Shown here piece by piece: positions 1-8,893 of a DNA stretch of 64,000 bases (the first letter of the stretch is position 1; each line of letters opens with the position of its first letter). A program made the position numbers and the translations under genes. Source of the DNA: Spirochaetaceae bacterium (GTDB taxonomy: Bacteria > Spirochaetota > Spirochaetia > DSM-27196 > PWMO01). The notes beneath the pieces were generated by a model. The model ran no database searches and was not told where the DNA came from. It saw nothing but the letters and a program-made list of their open reading frames with translations. Location of the stretch: the NCBI GenBank assembly GCA_007693325.1, contig REDW01000061.1, positions 21,564 through 85,563 of the forward strand. Direction: 5' to 3'.

Positions 1-831
1 CGCTTGCTCGATTTCCGCGATTGTGCGCTGGTTGATCGAGAACTGGCCGCTTTCCAGGCTGAGGCTCAAATCAACGTTTTGGGATAAGTCGGCAGAGCTG
101 AAGCGCACCCGCTCAAGCGACTGGTTGCCACGACTGCGGCTGACCCCGAGGTTGCGCTGTTCCACGATGGCGCGGATGTCGCTCTGTTCGGGTACCGAAC
201 GTAGGTATTCGATCTTGGGTTCGAGTTGCTCGATGTGGCGCTCGAGCGTTGCGCTCTGGGTTGAAAGAAAGGCCGCAGAGACCGGACCAAACTGCGGTTC
301 ACGTACCGACTGCCCATGAACCGCGCTGATGTCTATAGCGTCGGGTTCAACGGTGAGTGTGAAGTAGCGGCTGTCGTTGCGGGTGAGAAAGATCTGATCG
401 CCGTCCGTCTGATCCACGGTCAGTCCGGCCGCGGCTACCGCTTCCTGAAAGCGTGCATTCTCGAGCAGTGCCTCGCGCCGTTGCGCCTGCTGCCTGCGGT
501 TCTCCGCACCAATCAGCACGTCCACCGCGCGGAAGAACGCGATTGGATCTCGCGGGGAGACGGTTTGCTCGGGGTGCGCCTGATCAGGGTTTTGGTCTTC
601 GCTGAAGTGGGTACGGCCGTGGGCGCCGGCACCGCCAGCAGATAACGCGTTCTGCAGCGATTCGACTACATCCGCGGTAGTACGGACTTCATCTATGATC
701 CGGGTCTGAAGCTGATCGTAGCGCCGCGCCAGGCGCGCGAACCGCACCTCGCGCGCGATGGTCAGGCCCAGCAGCAGGGCAACGAGAAAACCGATAGCAG
801 CGTAGCGCACAAGTGTATGTCTGTTCCGCAT
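1..831 (-). CDS. hypothetical membrane-anchored protein, partial (3' end runs off left edge)
   Basis: Hand translation of minus strand from ATG 831..829 gives MRNRHTLVRYAAIGFLVALLLGLTIAREV...; I checked every codon to base 1 and found no stop. Missing from the ORF track because there is no in-window stop. N-terminal hydrophobic helix; no family recognised. Confidence 0.5.
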   Translation of the reverse strand, partial: MRNRHTLVRYAAIGFLVALLLGLTIAREVRFARLARRYDQLQTRIIDEVRTTADVVESLQNALSAGGAGAHGRTHFSEDQNPDQAHPEQTVSPRDPIAFFRAVDVLIGAENRRQQAQRREALLENARFQEAVAAAGLTVDQTDGDQIFLTRNDSRYFTLTVEPDAIDISAVHGQSVREPQFGPVSAAFLSTQSATLERHIEQLEPKIEYLRSVPEQSDIRAIVEQRNLGVSRSRGNQSLERVRFSSADLSQNVDLSLSLESGQFSINQRTIAEIEQA

Positions 832-941
832 AGTGTCTCAACTGTACCGCTGGAGTGTAGCAAAGAGTCGCTTCACAAGGCAACACCCGGTTTGGCTGTG
901 GCGGCGCAGTTGTTCAGTTCCAATAGCAGTTGCGCGGTCGG

Positions 942-970
942 TTGACAGGCCGAGTCCTGCGCGATAGTCT
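942..970 (+). promoter_or_regulatory. sigma70-like promoter TTGACA-N17-TAGTCT upstream of folB
   Basis: TTGACA at 942..947, 17-nt spacer, TAGTCT at 965..970. Motif reading only. Confidence 0.45.
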
Positions 971-980
971 CGGTCTTCTG

Positions 981-1355
981 ATGGACAACGATGCAACCCA
1001 ACCGATGCACGTTGGATTCAAAGGCCTGGTGGTCTCGTGCGTTATCGGTGTACGGGAAACGGAGCGGCTGCGCCAACAGGATGTCGTACTCGACGTGGAT
1101 GTGTGCTACGATGCGGCCGGCGCAATTGCCTCTGACTCGCTGGATTACGCAGTCGACTACTCGGCGGTGGCGCACTGGTGCAGTGCCTGCCTGCGTGACA
1201 CGCGCTTCCTGCTGCTCGAGCGTGCCTGTGCTGCGTTGGCCGATGGCCTGTTTGAAAATTTTCCTGCTGCTACCGGGGTCACGGTCATACTGCGAAAGCC
1301 CGCGGCTCTGGCAGACGGAGACTTTTCGTACGCTTCGCTGCAGCGGACGCGATAA
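981..1355 (+). CDS. folB: dihydroneopterin aldolase
   Basis: Translation ...VSCVIGVRETERLRQQDVVLDVDVCYD...SDSLDYAVDYSAV...FLLLERACAALADGLF...VTVILRKP fits the FolB pattern. Start is uncertain: ORF opens at 930, ATG at 981 or 1005, none with a clear SD. Confidence 0.75.
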   Translation: MDNDATQPMHVGFKGLVVSCVIGVRETERLRQQDVVLDVDVCYDAAGAIASDSLDYAVDYSAVAHWCSACLRDTRFLLLERACAALADGLFENFPAATGVTVILRKPAALADGDFSYASLQRTR

Positions 1356-1386
1356 ACAGAGGCAATCAAGGGCGGACGGTATCCTA

Positions 1387-1416
1387 TTGACATTTCGGAT
1401 AGGCGCCCGCTATCTT
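1387..1416 (+). promoter_or_regulatory. sigma70-like promoter TTGACA-N18-TATCTT upstream of small ORF
   Basis: TTGACA 1387..1392, TATCTT 1411..1416, followed by AAGGAG at 1429..1434. Confidence 0.45.
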
Positions 1417-1441
1417 CTGACTATACATAAGGAGAACCATA

Positions 1442-1609
1442 ATGGCAGCTGTTTCCAAGAACGCACGGCGCGGTGATGCTCAGGATCTGCTATCGCGCTG
1501 GGGCGGTAAGATTATCATGAAGTCGGTTTTCGAGAAGGGTAAGATTCGTCATTACGCGGTCTGCGAAAAGACCGGCAATCAGAGTAGACGTCCTAAGGAC
1601 CTGATGTAG
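1442..1609 (+). CDS. small basic protein of unknown function (55 aa)
   Basis: Hand-read ORF MAAVSKNARRGDAQDLLSRWGGKIIMKSVFEKGKIRHYAVCEKTGNQSRRPKDLM, stop TAG 1607..1609. AAGGAG lies 7 nt upstream of the ATG, with a consensus -35 upstream. Below the 60-aa cutoff of the track. Confidence 0.5.
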   Translation: MAAVSKNARRGDAQDLLSRWGGKIIMKSVFEKGKIRHYAVCEKTGNQSRRPKDLM

Positions 1610-1620
1610 CAGCACAAGCG

Positions 1621-2157
1621 ATGATCCTTTCCGGTGAATACATCCGTGGGCGTCTGGGAACGGACATCATCATCGATCCTTTTCGTGAGGATCAGCTTAA
1701 CCCCAACAGTTACAACCTCACTCTACACGACGAGCTGATTGTCTACGACGATAGGGAACTCGACATGGCGCGCGATAACCGCTGTTCGCAGCTGAGCATC
1801 CCCGCTGAAGGGCTGCTGCTGCAACCGGCGCGGCTCTATCTGGGGCGTACCGTAGAGTTCACCGAGACGCGCAACTACGTGCCGATGCTCGAGGGACGCT
1901 CATCAATCGGGCGTCTGGGGCTGTTTGTACACATTACCGCCGGGTTTGGCGATGTGGGCTTCTGCGGCTACTGGACTCTCGAGATCTTCTGCGTGCAGCC
2001 GGTGCGCATCTACGCCGGTGTGCAGATCTGCCAGATTTTCTATCACACAATCGAGGGTGACTACCGCTCCTACGCGGGCGGTAAGTACCACAACAACCGC
2101 GGTATTCAGAAGAGTCTGCTCTACCGGGAGTTTCCGCGCTCACCGTCGACCGGATAG
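1621..2157 (+). CDS. dcd: dCTP deaminase
   Basis: MILSGEYI...IDPF...NPNSYNLTL...[32 protein letters not shown] matches the conserved Dcd sequence pattern. Confidence 0.9.
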   Translation: MILSGEYIRGRLGTDIIIDPFREDQLNPNSYNLTLHDELIVYDDRELDMARDNRCSQLSIPAEGLLLQPARLYLGRTVEFTETRNYVPMLEGRSSIGRLGLFVHITAGFGDVGFCGYWTLEIFCVQPVRIYAGVQICQIFYHTIEGDYRSYAGGKYHNNRGIQKSLLYREFPRSPSTG

Positions 2158-2510
2158 AGCGCTGTGTCCCTGAAACTGCGGTAGAAGCAGGTGCGGTTTC
2201 CGGTGTGGCAACAGACTCCCTGCTGCTCGACCAGCAGAAGCACGCTGTCCTGATCACAGTCAACACGGATTTCGCGTATGCGCTGCAGGTGTCCGGATGT
2301 CTCGCCCTTCTTCCACAGGCACTTGCGTGAACGGCTGAAGTAGTGCGCATAACCGGTCTCGACGCTCTTCTGCCACGCTTCCCGGTTCATGAAAGCCACC
2401 ATCAGTACCTCGCGCGATTCTGCGTCCTGCGTAACAACCGCCACAAGGTCGTCCAGCTTGCCAAAGTCCAGCTCCAGTGGCGTGCTCCTGTCTGCACTCG
2501 TGCCGCTCAT
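2121..2510 (-). CDS. hisI: phosphoribosyl-AMP cyclohydrolase (stand-alone HisI)
   Basis: [47 protein letters not shown]...[27 protein letters not shown] is the HisI signature. Confidence 0.9.
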   Translation of the reverse strand: MSGTSADRSTPLELDFGKLDDLVAVVTQDAESREVLMVAFMNREAWQKSVETGYAHYFSRSRKCLWKKGETSGHLQRIREIRVDCDQDSVLLLVEQQGVCCHTGNRTCFYRSFRDTALYPVDGERGNSR

Positions 2511-4078
2511 GGTTGGGAAATCTCCTGCGGTCTCAGCGGAACCCAGCGGCCGTCCAGCTGACGCATGGCGTAGTTAGAGGCCAGCTTGCGCCCGAGCCCG
2601 GTGTGCAGCTTCTCAGCGGTAGAGCGTAGGTCGGCTGACGGGTCATCGGCGGTGGGATAATCGGGATGCTCGAGTCTCCTGCCGCTGGTCATGAGGGTCT
2701 CCAACAGCATTTTGGCAGCCAGAAATCGGTCGTACTTGTCAACGCCGAACACCAGAAAATCATCGAGTAAGCCGATAACTTCCCAGGTGACCTGCTCCGC
2801 CTGCGAATAGCGGCCCGCATCCTTGTCCTGGTCGCTGAAACGCATCGGCAGTTCGTCGATGATCCTTTCGAGGTGTTCTGCCAGGTAGTCCAGGCGAAAC
2901 AGGCCGGTAGCGCAGTTGAACAGGATCCGCTTGCCGTCGGCTTCGGCCGAGAACACCGCGTCCGCCGGGATTGCCGGACCAATATCGGCGCACGCCAGCG
3001 CACCTTGCTTATCGCGAACCAGAATACCGCCCTTGACGTCAACCGAGGTGCGGAATGAAAAATCAAACGCCGCCTGTTTGCCGCTCAGCGCCAGCCACGC
3101 CAGCGACACCTCGTCCACCGTGAACCCGAGGTTATCGACGTTACCCAGGTAGACAAAGCGTTTGCCCATCCGGTGAAGGTCGCGGTAGATATCACGCAGA
3201 ACCGCAAAGTTCTGCCCGTGGCCTCCCGGTAGCGGGAGTGCGTTATGCGGCTTACCGTAGGCGCGGTCAAAGACGCGTTTGGGTCTGCCCTGGTCGCGGT
3301 GCGTGTAGGCGGCGATCAGCGGTTGTACGCCGGTCAACACGCGTGTTATGTCGATGCCGGTTGCCTCAATCAGCTCCTTCAGTAGAGCGCTGTTGCGGTA
3401 TTCGTTGTAGGCTGAGGCGACCTCATCGTTGTTGTAGACACTGGTCATCTGGAACATCGGGAACAGCGGCTCAAGGTCTCCCTGCGGCGTGCCGTAGGCG
3501 CGCTGGAACTGCAGCGCCTGAACCAGAAGGCTGCGCATCTTGAGTTCCAGAAACGATGCTCCGGGGCTGCCGTCACTATTGATATACGCCGGGGTGAGCC
3601 CTTTGGCTCGCCCGCTTGAAAGCGAGGCCAGGGACTTGAAATCATCACGCAGCAGATCGAAAAGCTGGTCGTTCAGGCCGCGGTTCTTCTTCTCGTCGGC
3701 GTAGCTGGTGGCCGAGCCGCCGTTAAGAACGCCGTAGGAGACGCGCGGCAGCAGACGCCGCCCGAGCCACGCCAGCTGGCTCTCGGTGAACGTGCATTCA
3801 CCGCCACGCACGGTGGCAACGTCCCAGAGCGCTACCCCGGGCAATAGTTGTTCCAGGCGGGCAGCGGCCGTCTCCAGTGCGAGCGTCATCTGCGCCGGCG
3901 CCGTGCGGTCGACGATAGTCCGCCCGTCAACGGTGGGAATCTCGCTGGCCTCAACCGGCTGAAGATGGTCATACTTGCCGGCGTTGTAGTTTGAGAGAAT
4001 ATCAAGGCTGAGTTCGACGTCGATCTGCTGCTGCTGCATGCTCTGTAGTAGTTCTGCCGAGAGTTCCGGCTGGTTCAT
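2507..4078 (-). CDS. UDPGP-family nucleotide-sugar pyrophosphorylase (UTP--hexose-1-phosphate uridylyltransferase-like)
   Basis: [10 protein letters not shown] (cf. LNGGLGTSMG), GGHGQNF and LGNVDNLGF motifs resemble eukaryote-type UGPase/UDPGP family. Substrate not inferable. Confidence 0.65.
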   Translation of the reverse strand: MNQPELSAELLQSMQQQQIDVELSLDILSNYNAGKYDHLQPVEASEIPTVDGRTIVDRTAPAQMTLALETAAARLEQLLPGVALWDVATVRGGECTFTESQLAWLGRRLLPRVSYGVLNGGSATSYADEKKNRGLNDQLFDLLRDDFKSLASLSSGRAKGLTPAYINSDGSPGASFLELKMRSLLVQALQFQRAYGTPQGDLEPLFPMFQMTSVYNNDEVASAYNEYRNSALLKELIEATGIDITRVLTGVQPLIAAYTHRDQGRPKRVFDRAYGKPHNALPLPGGHGQNFAVLRDIYRDLHRMGKRFVYLGNVDNLGFTVDEVSLAWLALSGKQAAFDFSFRTSVDVKGGILVRDKQGALACADIGPAIPADAVFSAEADGKRILFNCATGLFRLDYLAEHLERIIDELPMRFSDQDKDAGRYSQAEQVTWEVIGLLDDFLVFGVDKYDRFLAAKMLLETLMTSGRRLEHPDYPTADDPSADLRSTAEKLHTGLGRKLASNYAMRQLDGRWVPLRPQEISQP

Positions 4079-5175
4079 GACAACTGCTCCTCGGAAGTGG
4101 GTTTGTTCTGGTCTTGTCTGACTGCAGCGTAGGCGGCCCCGTAGAGTGACACCGTGTAGTCACCAACGATGTGAACCGGAACGCGGTGCAGCAGCCGCTC
4201 GATGTTGGCTCGGTAGTTTTGCTCAAAATAGCGCATGAAGCGGTGCTGCTGTAGAAACAGCCGCTGATTCTTGGCGGCAATTCCACCGGCCAGGAATAAC
4301 CCTCCGTCGGCAAGAAAATGCAACGTCGCTGAAGAGGAAAACTTGGCGTAGATACGCACAAACAGTTCCATCGTAGCGCTGCACAGCGGGTCTTCGGCGG
4401 CGTTGGCGGCAATCATCTCGGGGCGCTCGGCTCTGGGCCGGGCCAGAATCCGTTGCCGCGCGGCGCTCTGCTGCCAGGTTTCGTGTTGCACCAGGAAGTC
4501 AAACAGGTTGGCAATGCCCGGGCCCGAAAGAAAGCACTCGGCATCCGGCACTCCCTGGTGTTGTCCGGCCACAAAGGCGCGCAGCGCCATCGTCTGATCG
4601 TCAAACGGTGCAAAGTCGCTGTGTCCGCCCTCTGAAGGGTGTGCTGTAACGTTGCCGTCCGCCAGCGTTGTCAGGTAACCTACTCCCAGCCCGGTTCCCG
4701 CACCTACCACCGTTATCACCGACCCTGCGCCCGCAGGGGTCGATCCGTCGCTGTGCGGGATCGCGGTGAACTGTTGCGGAGCCTGGCGGAACAGAATCGG
4801 TATTCCGTAGCAAATGCCGGAGAAATCGTTTATCAGGGTAGTTGGTACGGCCAGCTCGGCGGCAACCTCGCCGCCGTCAATCTGCCACTGCAGATTGGTC
4901 AGTGTGCAGCGATTGTTGCTGATCGGGCCGGCCGCACAGAGGCAGCAGGCGTCGATGCGCTGCAACAATTCTGCGTCAAGACTGTTACGGGCTCCTTCGA
5001 TAGCCTGACCAATTCCGCTGAGCTGCTGCGACTTGAGCACCGTGCGGTCGAGCAGTTGAAACCGTGCCTGCGCAGCCGATGTACCATTGACTCCGACCAG
5101 GGCCAGCGTGGTGTTGGTTCCACCGACGTCGCCGGCCAGAACAATTCTGTGTGCCAATCTAACGCTGTCTGACAT
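4075..5175 (-). CDS. glk: glucokinase
   Basis: LAGDVGGTNTTLAL, AAGPI..N.C.LTNL.W, LINDF, GAGTGLG, SEGGH.DFAP and FLAGGIA motifs match the Glk family. Confidence 0.85.
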   Translation of the reverse strand: MSDSVRLAHRIVLAGDVGGTNTTLALVGVNGTSAAQARFQLLDRTVLKSQQLSGIGQAIEGARNSLDAELLQRIDACCLCAAGPISNNRCTLTNLQWQIDGGEVAAELAVPTTLINDFSGICYGIPILFRQAPQQFTAIPHSDGSTPAGAGSVITVVGAGTGLGVGYLTTLADGNVTAHPSEGGHSDFAPFDDQTMALRAFVAGQHQGVPDAECFLSGPGIANLFDFLVQHETWQQSAARQRILARPRAERPEMIAANAAEDPLCSATMELFVRIYAKFSSSATLHFLADGGLFLAGGIAAKNQRLFLQQHRFMRYFEQNYRANIERLLHRVPVHIVGDYTVSLYGAAYAAVRQDQNKPTSEEQLS

Positions 5176-5221
5176 GACTTGGTATTATAGCGCAAAGCGC
5201 GCGGCCGCGTACACGAGACCA

Positions 5222-5251
5222 TTGCACATTTTTGGTTATCCGGAGTAGCAT
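5222..5251 (+). promoter_or_regulatory. possible promoter TTGCAC-N18-TAGCAT for the DHH-PHP-SDR operon
   Basis: Hexamers read at 5222..5227 and 5246..5251. GGGAGG SD precedes the ATG at 5279. Confidence 0.35.
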
Positions 5252-5278
5252 GGCGCCTGAGTTACGCCGGGAGGTGTC

Positions 5279-6235
5279 ATGGCTGAGCAGGGAGAGCGGT
5301 TGCGGCTGCTCACTCGCAGCGATTTTGACGGGTTAGTCTGTGCAGTGCTGCTTAAACAGCTCGAGCTGATCGACGAGATCAAGTTTGTCCATCCCAAGGA
5401 CATGCAGGACGGATTGATACCGGTGTCCGAAGGCGACATCAGTACCAACCTGCCGTACGCAGACGGCGTCTATCTGGCTTTCGACCACCACGCCTCGGAG
5501 CTGCAGCGCGTCGGGCAACGGGAAAACCTTATACTGGATCCGCATGCTCCGTCCGCCTCCCGAGTGGTATACGAGCACTACGGCGGCCGAGAGCGGTTTC
5601 CAACCCTGCCCGAAGCGATGCTGGAGGCGGTTGACAGAGGAGATTCAGCCAGATTCTCGCCTGAACAGGTGCTGAACCCCGAAGGCTGGGACCTGCTCAA
5701 CTTCATAACCGATGCGCGAACCGGTCTAGGTAGATTCAAGAGCTTTCGCATATCCACCCAGCAGCTGATGATGGATCTGATCGATTACTGCATGCAGTTC
5801 ACCATCGATGAGATACTGGAGATCTCGGATGTTGCCGAACGGGTCGAGCTCTACTTCTCTCACCGTGAGCCGTTTGAGCAGCAGTTGCGCGATTCAGCGG
5901 CGCTGTACGGTAACGTGCTGGTCAACGACCTGCGGCGCTACGATACCATTTACGCCGGTAACCGCTTTGTGAAATTCGCCTTGTTTCCGCAGACCAACAT
6001 CGCTGTGCAGGTGATGTGGGGGTTTCAGAAGCAGAACACCGTCATTACCATCGGCAAGTCGATATTTGATCGGTCGTCAGCGGTCAATGTTGGTTCGTTG
6101 ATGCTCGCGTACCGCGGCGGTGGACACGAGGCAGCCGGGACGTGTCAGGTAAGCAACGAGTTGGCCGACCAGGTGCTGACCGAGATCATCGCCGGGGTAC
6201 AGGATCGCAGCAACGGAAAGGAAGCTCACGCATGA
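5279..6235 (+). CDS. DHH/DHHA1-family phosphoesterase
   Basis: N-terminal SDFDG, AFDHH (DHH motif) and C-terminal YRGGGHEAAG (DHHA1 GGGH motif). Confidence 0.7.
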   Translation: MAEQGERLRLLTRSDFDGLVCAVLLKQLELIDEIKFVHPKDMQDGLIPVSEGDISTNLPYADGVYLAFDHHASELQRVGQRENLILDPHAPSASRVVYEHYGGRERFPTLPEAMLEAVDRGDSARFSPEQVLNPEGWDLLNFITDARTGLGRFKSFRISTQQLMMDLIDYCMQFTIDEILEISDVAERVELYFSHREPFEQQLRDSAALYGNVLVNDLRRYDTIYAGNRFVKFALFPQTNIAVQVMWGFQKQNTVITIGKSIFDRSSAVNVGSLMLAYRGGGHEAAGTCQVSNELADQVLTEIIAGVQDRSNGKEAHA

Positions 6236-7593
6236 ATCACACTACACTCGAGTCTCAGCAGCGCGCCGTGCGGCACGTCGACGGACGATTGAACCACGCG
6301 CAGCGTGACAAACGTCTGCTTCATCTGCAGCAGATGGTCGACACCAACGAACTCGGAATCAATGACGTGGCGGGAGGCGGGGAGGTCAACAACCACGTCC
6401 ACACCATATTCTCGTTCAGCCCCTATTCGCCGGCCTGCGCCGCCTTCATGGCGCGCTACGCCGGGCTGCAGGCGGTCGGCAGCGTTGATCACGACTCGAT
6501 TGGCGCAGCTAACGAGATGAACGAAGCCGGCAGGATTCTCGGCATCGGTACAACCGCAGGCTACGAGTTACGCGTCCATTTCTCGGCTACCGCGCTGGAA
6601 GGCAGGAAGCTCAACAACCCGGACTCGGCCAATATCGGCTACATGGTGATTCACGGCGTGCCGCAGCCGGCGGTTGATGCGGTGGCTGATTTTCTGGAGC
6701 CGATTCAGCGGGCCCGCAATGAGCGCAACCGGCGCCAGGTAGCTCGCCTGAACCAGCTCCTGCAGCGGGCCGGGATTGAGTCGATTGATTTCGATACCGA
6801 AGTGCTGGCGATCTCTCAGGCCGCCTCAGGCGGAGCGGTGACCGAGCGCCACATTCTCTTCGCGCTGGCGCAGCGCATTCTGGGCCAGGCCGCCAGGCAG
6901 AGGGCCGTGACCGGCTATCTGCGGCAAACGTTTGCCATCGATGTTCCCGATCGTCTGTCATCGCTCATCGATGATTCTGCCAATCCGCATCGCAGCTACG
7001 ATCTGCTCGGCATCCTCAAGAGCGCATTTCTGCCGCAATTCTTCGTCCAGCCCGACCACCGGGAGTGCATCGGCGTTGCCGGCGCGGTAGAGTTTGCCAG
7101 GTCGATCGGGGCGATTCCGTGCTACGCCTATTTGGGAGACGTCGGTGAGTCGCCAACCGGCGACAAGAAGGCCGAAAAGTTTGAGGACGAGTATCTCGAT
7201 GTTCTCTTCCCCGAGATCAGGCGGCTCGGCTTTCTCGGAGTTACCTACATGCCACCGCGCAATACTCGCGAACAACTGCTTCGCATCAGGCAGCTGTGTC
7301 AGCAGTACGGATTCATGGAAATATCCGGGGTGGATATCAACAGCTCACGCCAGCTGTTCACCTGTCCCGAGATCATGCAGCCCGAGTTTCGGCACCTGAT
7401 CGACAACACCTGGGCGCTGATTGCCCACGAGAAGCTTGCATCCGCTGATGCGGGCTACGGACTCTTTGACCCGCGCAACCGCTGGGCCGGGGAGACTCTG
7501 CAGCAGCGGCTCTCGCGTTATAGTCGTTTTGGGGCACAGATGGACTGCTCACACCCGCACACGATTATCGATATTGCAAGGAAGGAACGATGA
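6232..7593 (+). CDS. PHP-domain metal-dependent phosphoesterase
   Basis: NNHVHTIFSFSPYSP...SVDHDS is a PHP N-terminal His motif. Start taken at ATG 6232 (MNHTTLES...), in an ATGA overlap with the upstream stop and preceded by GGAAAGGAAG. The track ORF opens earlier, at 6142. Confidence 0.7.
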   Translation: MNHTTLESQQRAVRHVDGRLNHAQRDKRLLHLQQMVDTNELGINDVAGGGEVNNHVHTIFSFSPYSPACAAFMARYAGLQAVGSVDHDSIGAANEMNEAGRILGIGTTAGYELRVHFSATALEGRKLNNPDSANIGYMVIHGVPQPAVDAVADFLEPIQRARNERNRRQVARLNQLLQRAGIESIDFDTEVLAISQAASGGAVTERHILFALAQRILGQAARQRAVTGYLRQTFAIDVPDRLSSLIDDSANPHRSYDLLGILKSAFLPQFFVQPDHRECIGVAGAVEFARSIGAIPCYAYLGDVGESPTGDKKAEKFEDEYLDVLFPEIRRLGFLGVTYMPPRNTREQLLRIRQLCQQYGFMEISGVDINSSRQLFTCPEIMQPEFRHLIDNTWALIAHEKLASADAGYGLFDPRNRWAGETLQQRLSRYSRFGAQMDCSHPHTIIDIARKER

Positions 7594-8837
7594 CGCTACA
7601 GCAGCAGATTGCAGCCGTTCTGCGCGGCTTGACGTTTGACGGCGAGAAGGGGCTGCTGGTGCGGACGTTGCATCCGGGGACGCTGCGTACGCTCCATCCT
7701 GAGTCCGCCGGCGGCTCTCCAGAGGGAGTGGTTCTGATTGAGCTGCCCGCGGCAGCAGTGCAATCCGTGACAACCGACCCGCTGTCGGCCGAGACGCTGG
7801 ACCATCTGGCGCGCGCGCTGCGCCGGCAGGCCGGCGGCGGCGTGCCGCAGTTGGTAGAAGTCAGCGCTGTCGGCGATTTTGCTATCGGGCGCTCAATCGA
7901 TGAGCTCGACCGGATCGCCGGCAGCGGACGTGCCGGCAGTGGTTCACAAGCCGATGCAGCAGCGCGTAAGGACTCTGCTGCCGCGCAGCAGTCGAGTTTT
8001 GCGGGCAAGCTGGCGGTAGTAACCGGCGGCGCACAGGGCTTTGGCGCCGAGATCGCGCGGATGCTGTGTGCCGTCGGAGCAACGGTTGTGGTTGCCGATC
8101 TCAACGCCGACGGTGCGGCTACTGCTGCGCAGGAACTGAACGCACGCAGCGGCCGTCGCGCAGCGTTGTCCTGCGCGGTGGACGTGTCCGATGAGGCTTC
8201 GGTCGAGGCAATGATGAGCACGATCAGCGCCGAGGTGGGCGGGATTGATCTGTTTGTCAGTAACGCCGGGGTGCTGAAGGCCGGCAGCGTCACAACGCTT
8301 CCGCTCAAGGACTTCGAGTTTGTGACACAAGTCAACTACACCGGCTTTTTCCTGTGTACCAAGCACGCGGCCCCGCTGATGGCGCTGCAATGGCGCGCGG
8401 CGCGTGCAATTGCCGAGGACCACGCCGGCTATTTCAGCGACATCATCCAGATCAACTCCAAATCCGGTCTTGAGGGCTCCAACAAGAACGCTGCTTACGC
8501 CGGCGCCAAGTTCGGCGGGATTGGCCTGGTCCAGAGTTTCGCCAAGGAGCTTGTCAGCGACGGCATCAAAGTTAACGCCATCTGCCCGGGAAACTTTTTT
8601 GAAGGACCGCTGTGGTCGGACCCTGATCGCGGGCTGTTCACCCAGTACCTCAAGGCCGGCAAAGTTCCCGGTGCCACCTCGATAGATGACGTCAAACGTC
8701 ACTACGAGCAGCAGGTGCCGATGGGCCGCGGCTGCCGCGGTGAAGATGTGGTGCGGGCAATTCTCTACGCGGTTGAACAGAAGTACGAGACCGGCCAGGC
8801 TATTCCGGTCACCGGTGGCCAGGTTATGCTGAGCTGA
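7590..8837 (+). CDS. short-chain dehydrogenase, sorbitol-6-phosphate dehydrogenase (SrlD)-like, with about 130-aa N-terminal extension
   Basis: VVTGGAQGFG...NAGV...INSKSGLEGSNKNAAYAGAKFGGIGL...KVNAICPGN...VPMGRGC...VTGGQVM parallels E. coli SrlD along the catalytic domain. ATGA overlap with the upstream gene. Confidence 0.8.
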   Translation: MTLQQQIAAVLRGLTFDGEKGLLVRTLHPGTLRTLHPESAGGSPEGVVLIELPAAAVQSVTTDPLSAETLDHLARALRRQAGGGVPQLVEVSAVGDFAIGRSIDELDRIAGSGRAGSGSQADAAARKDSAAAQQSSFAGKLAVVTGGAQGFGAEIARMLCAVGATVVVADLNADGAATAAQELNARSGRRAALSCAVDVSDEASVEAMMSTISAEVGGIDLFVSNAGVLKAGSVTTLPLKDFEFVTQVNYTGFFLCTKHAAPLMALQWRAARAIAEDHAGYFSDIIQINSKSGLEGSNKNAAYAGAKFGGIGLVQSFAKELVSDGIKVNAICPGNFFEGPLWSDPDRGLFTQYLKAGKVPGATSIDDVKRHYEQQVPMGRGCRGEDVVRAILYAVEQKYETGQAIPVTGGQVMLS

Positions 8838-8893
8838 ACCGTTGACGCCGCCTGTGCGCGGAGCCCTTCTCAGACACGCCGTTGCGGCGTAGA

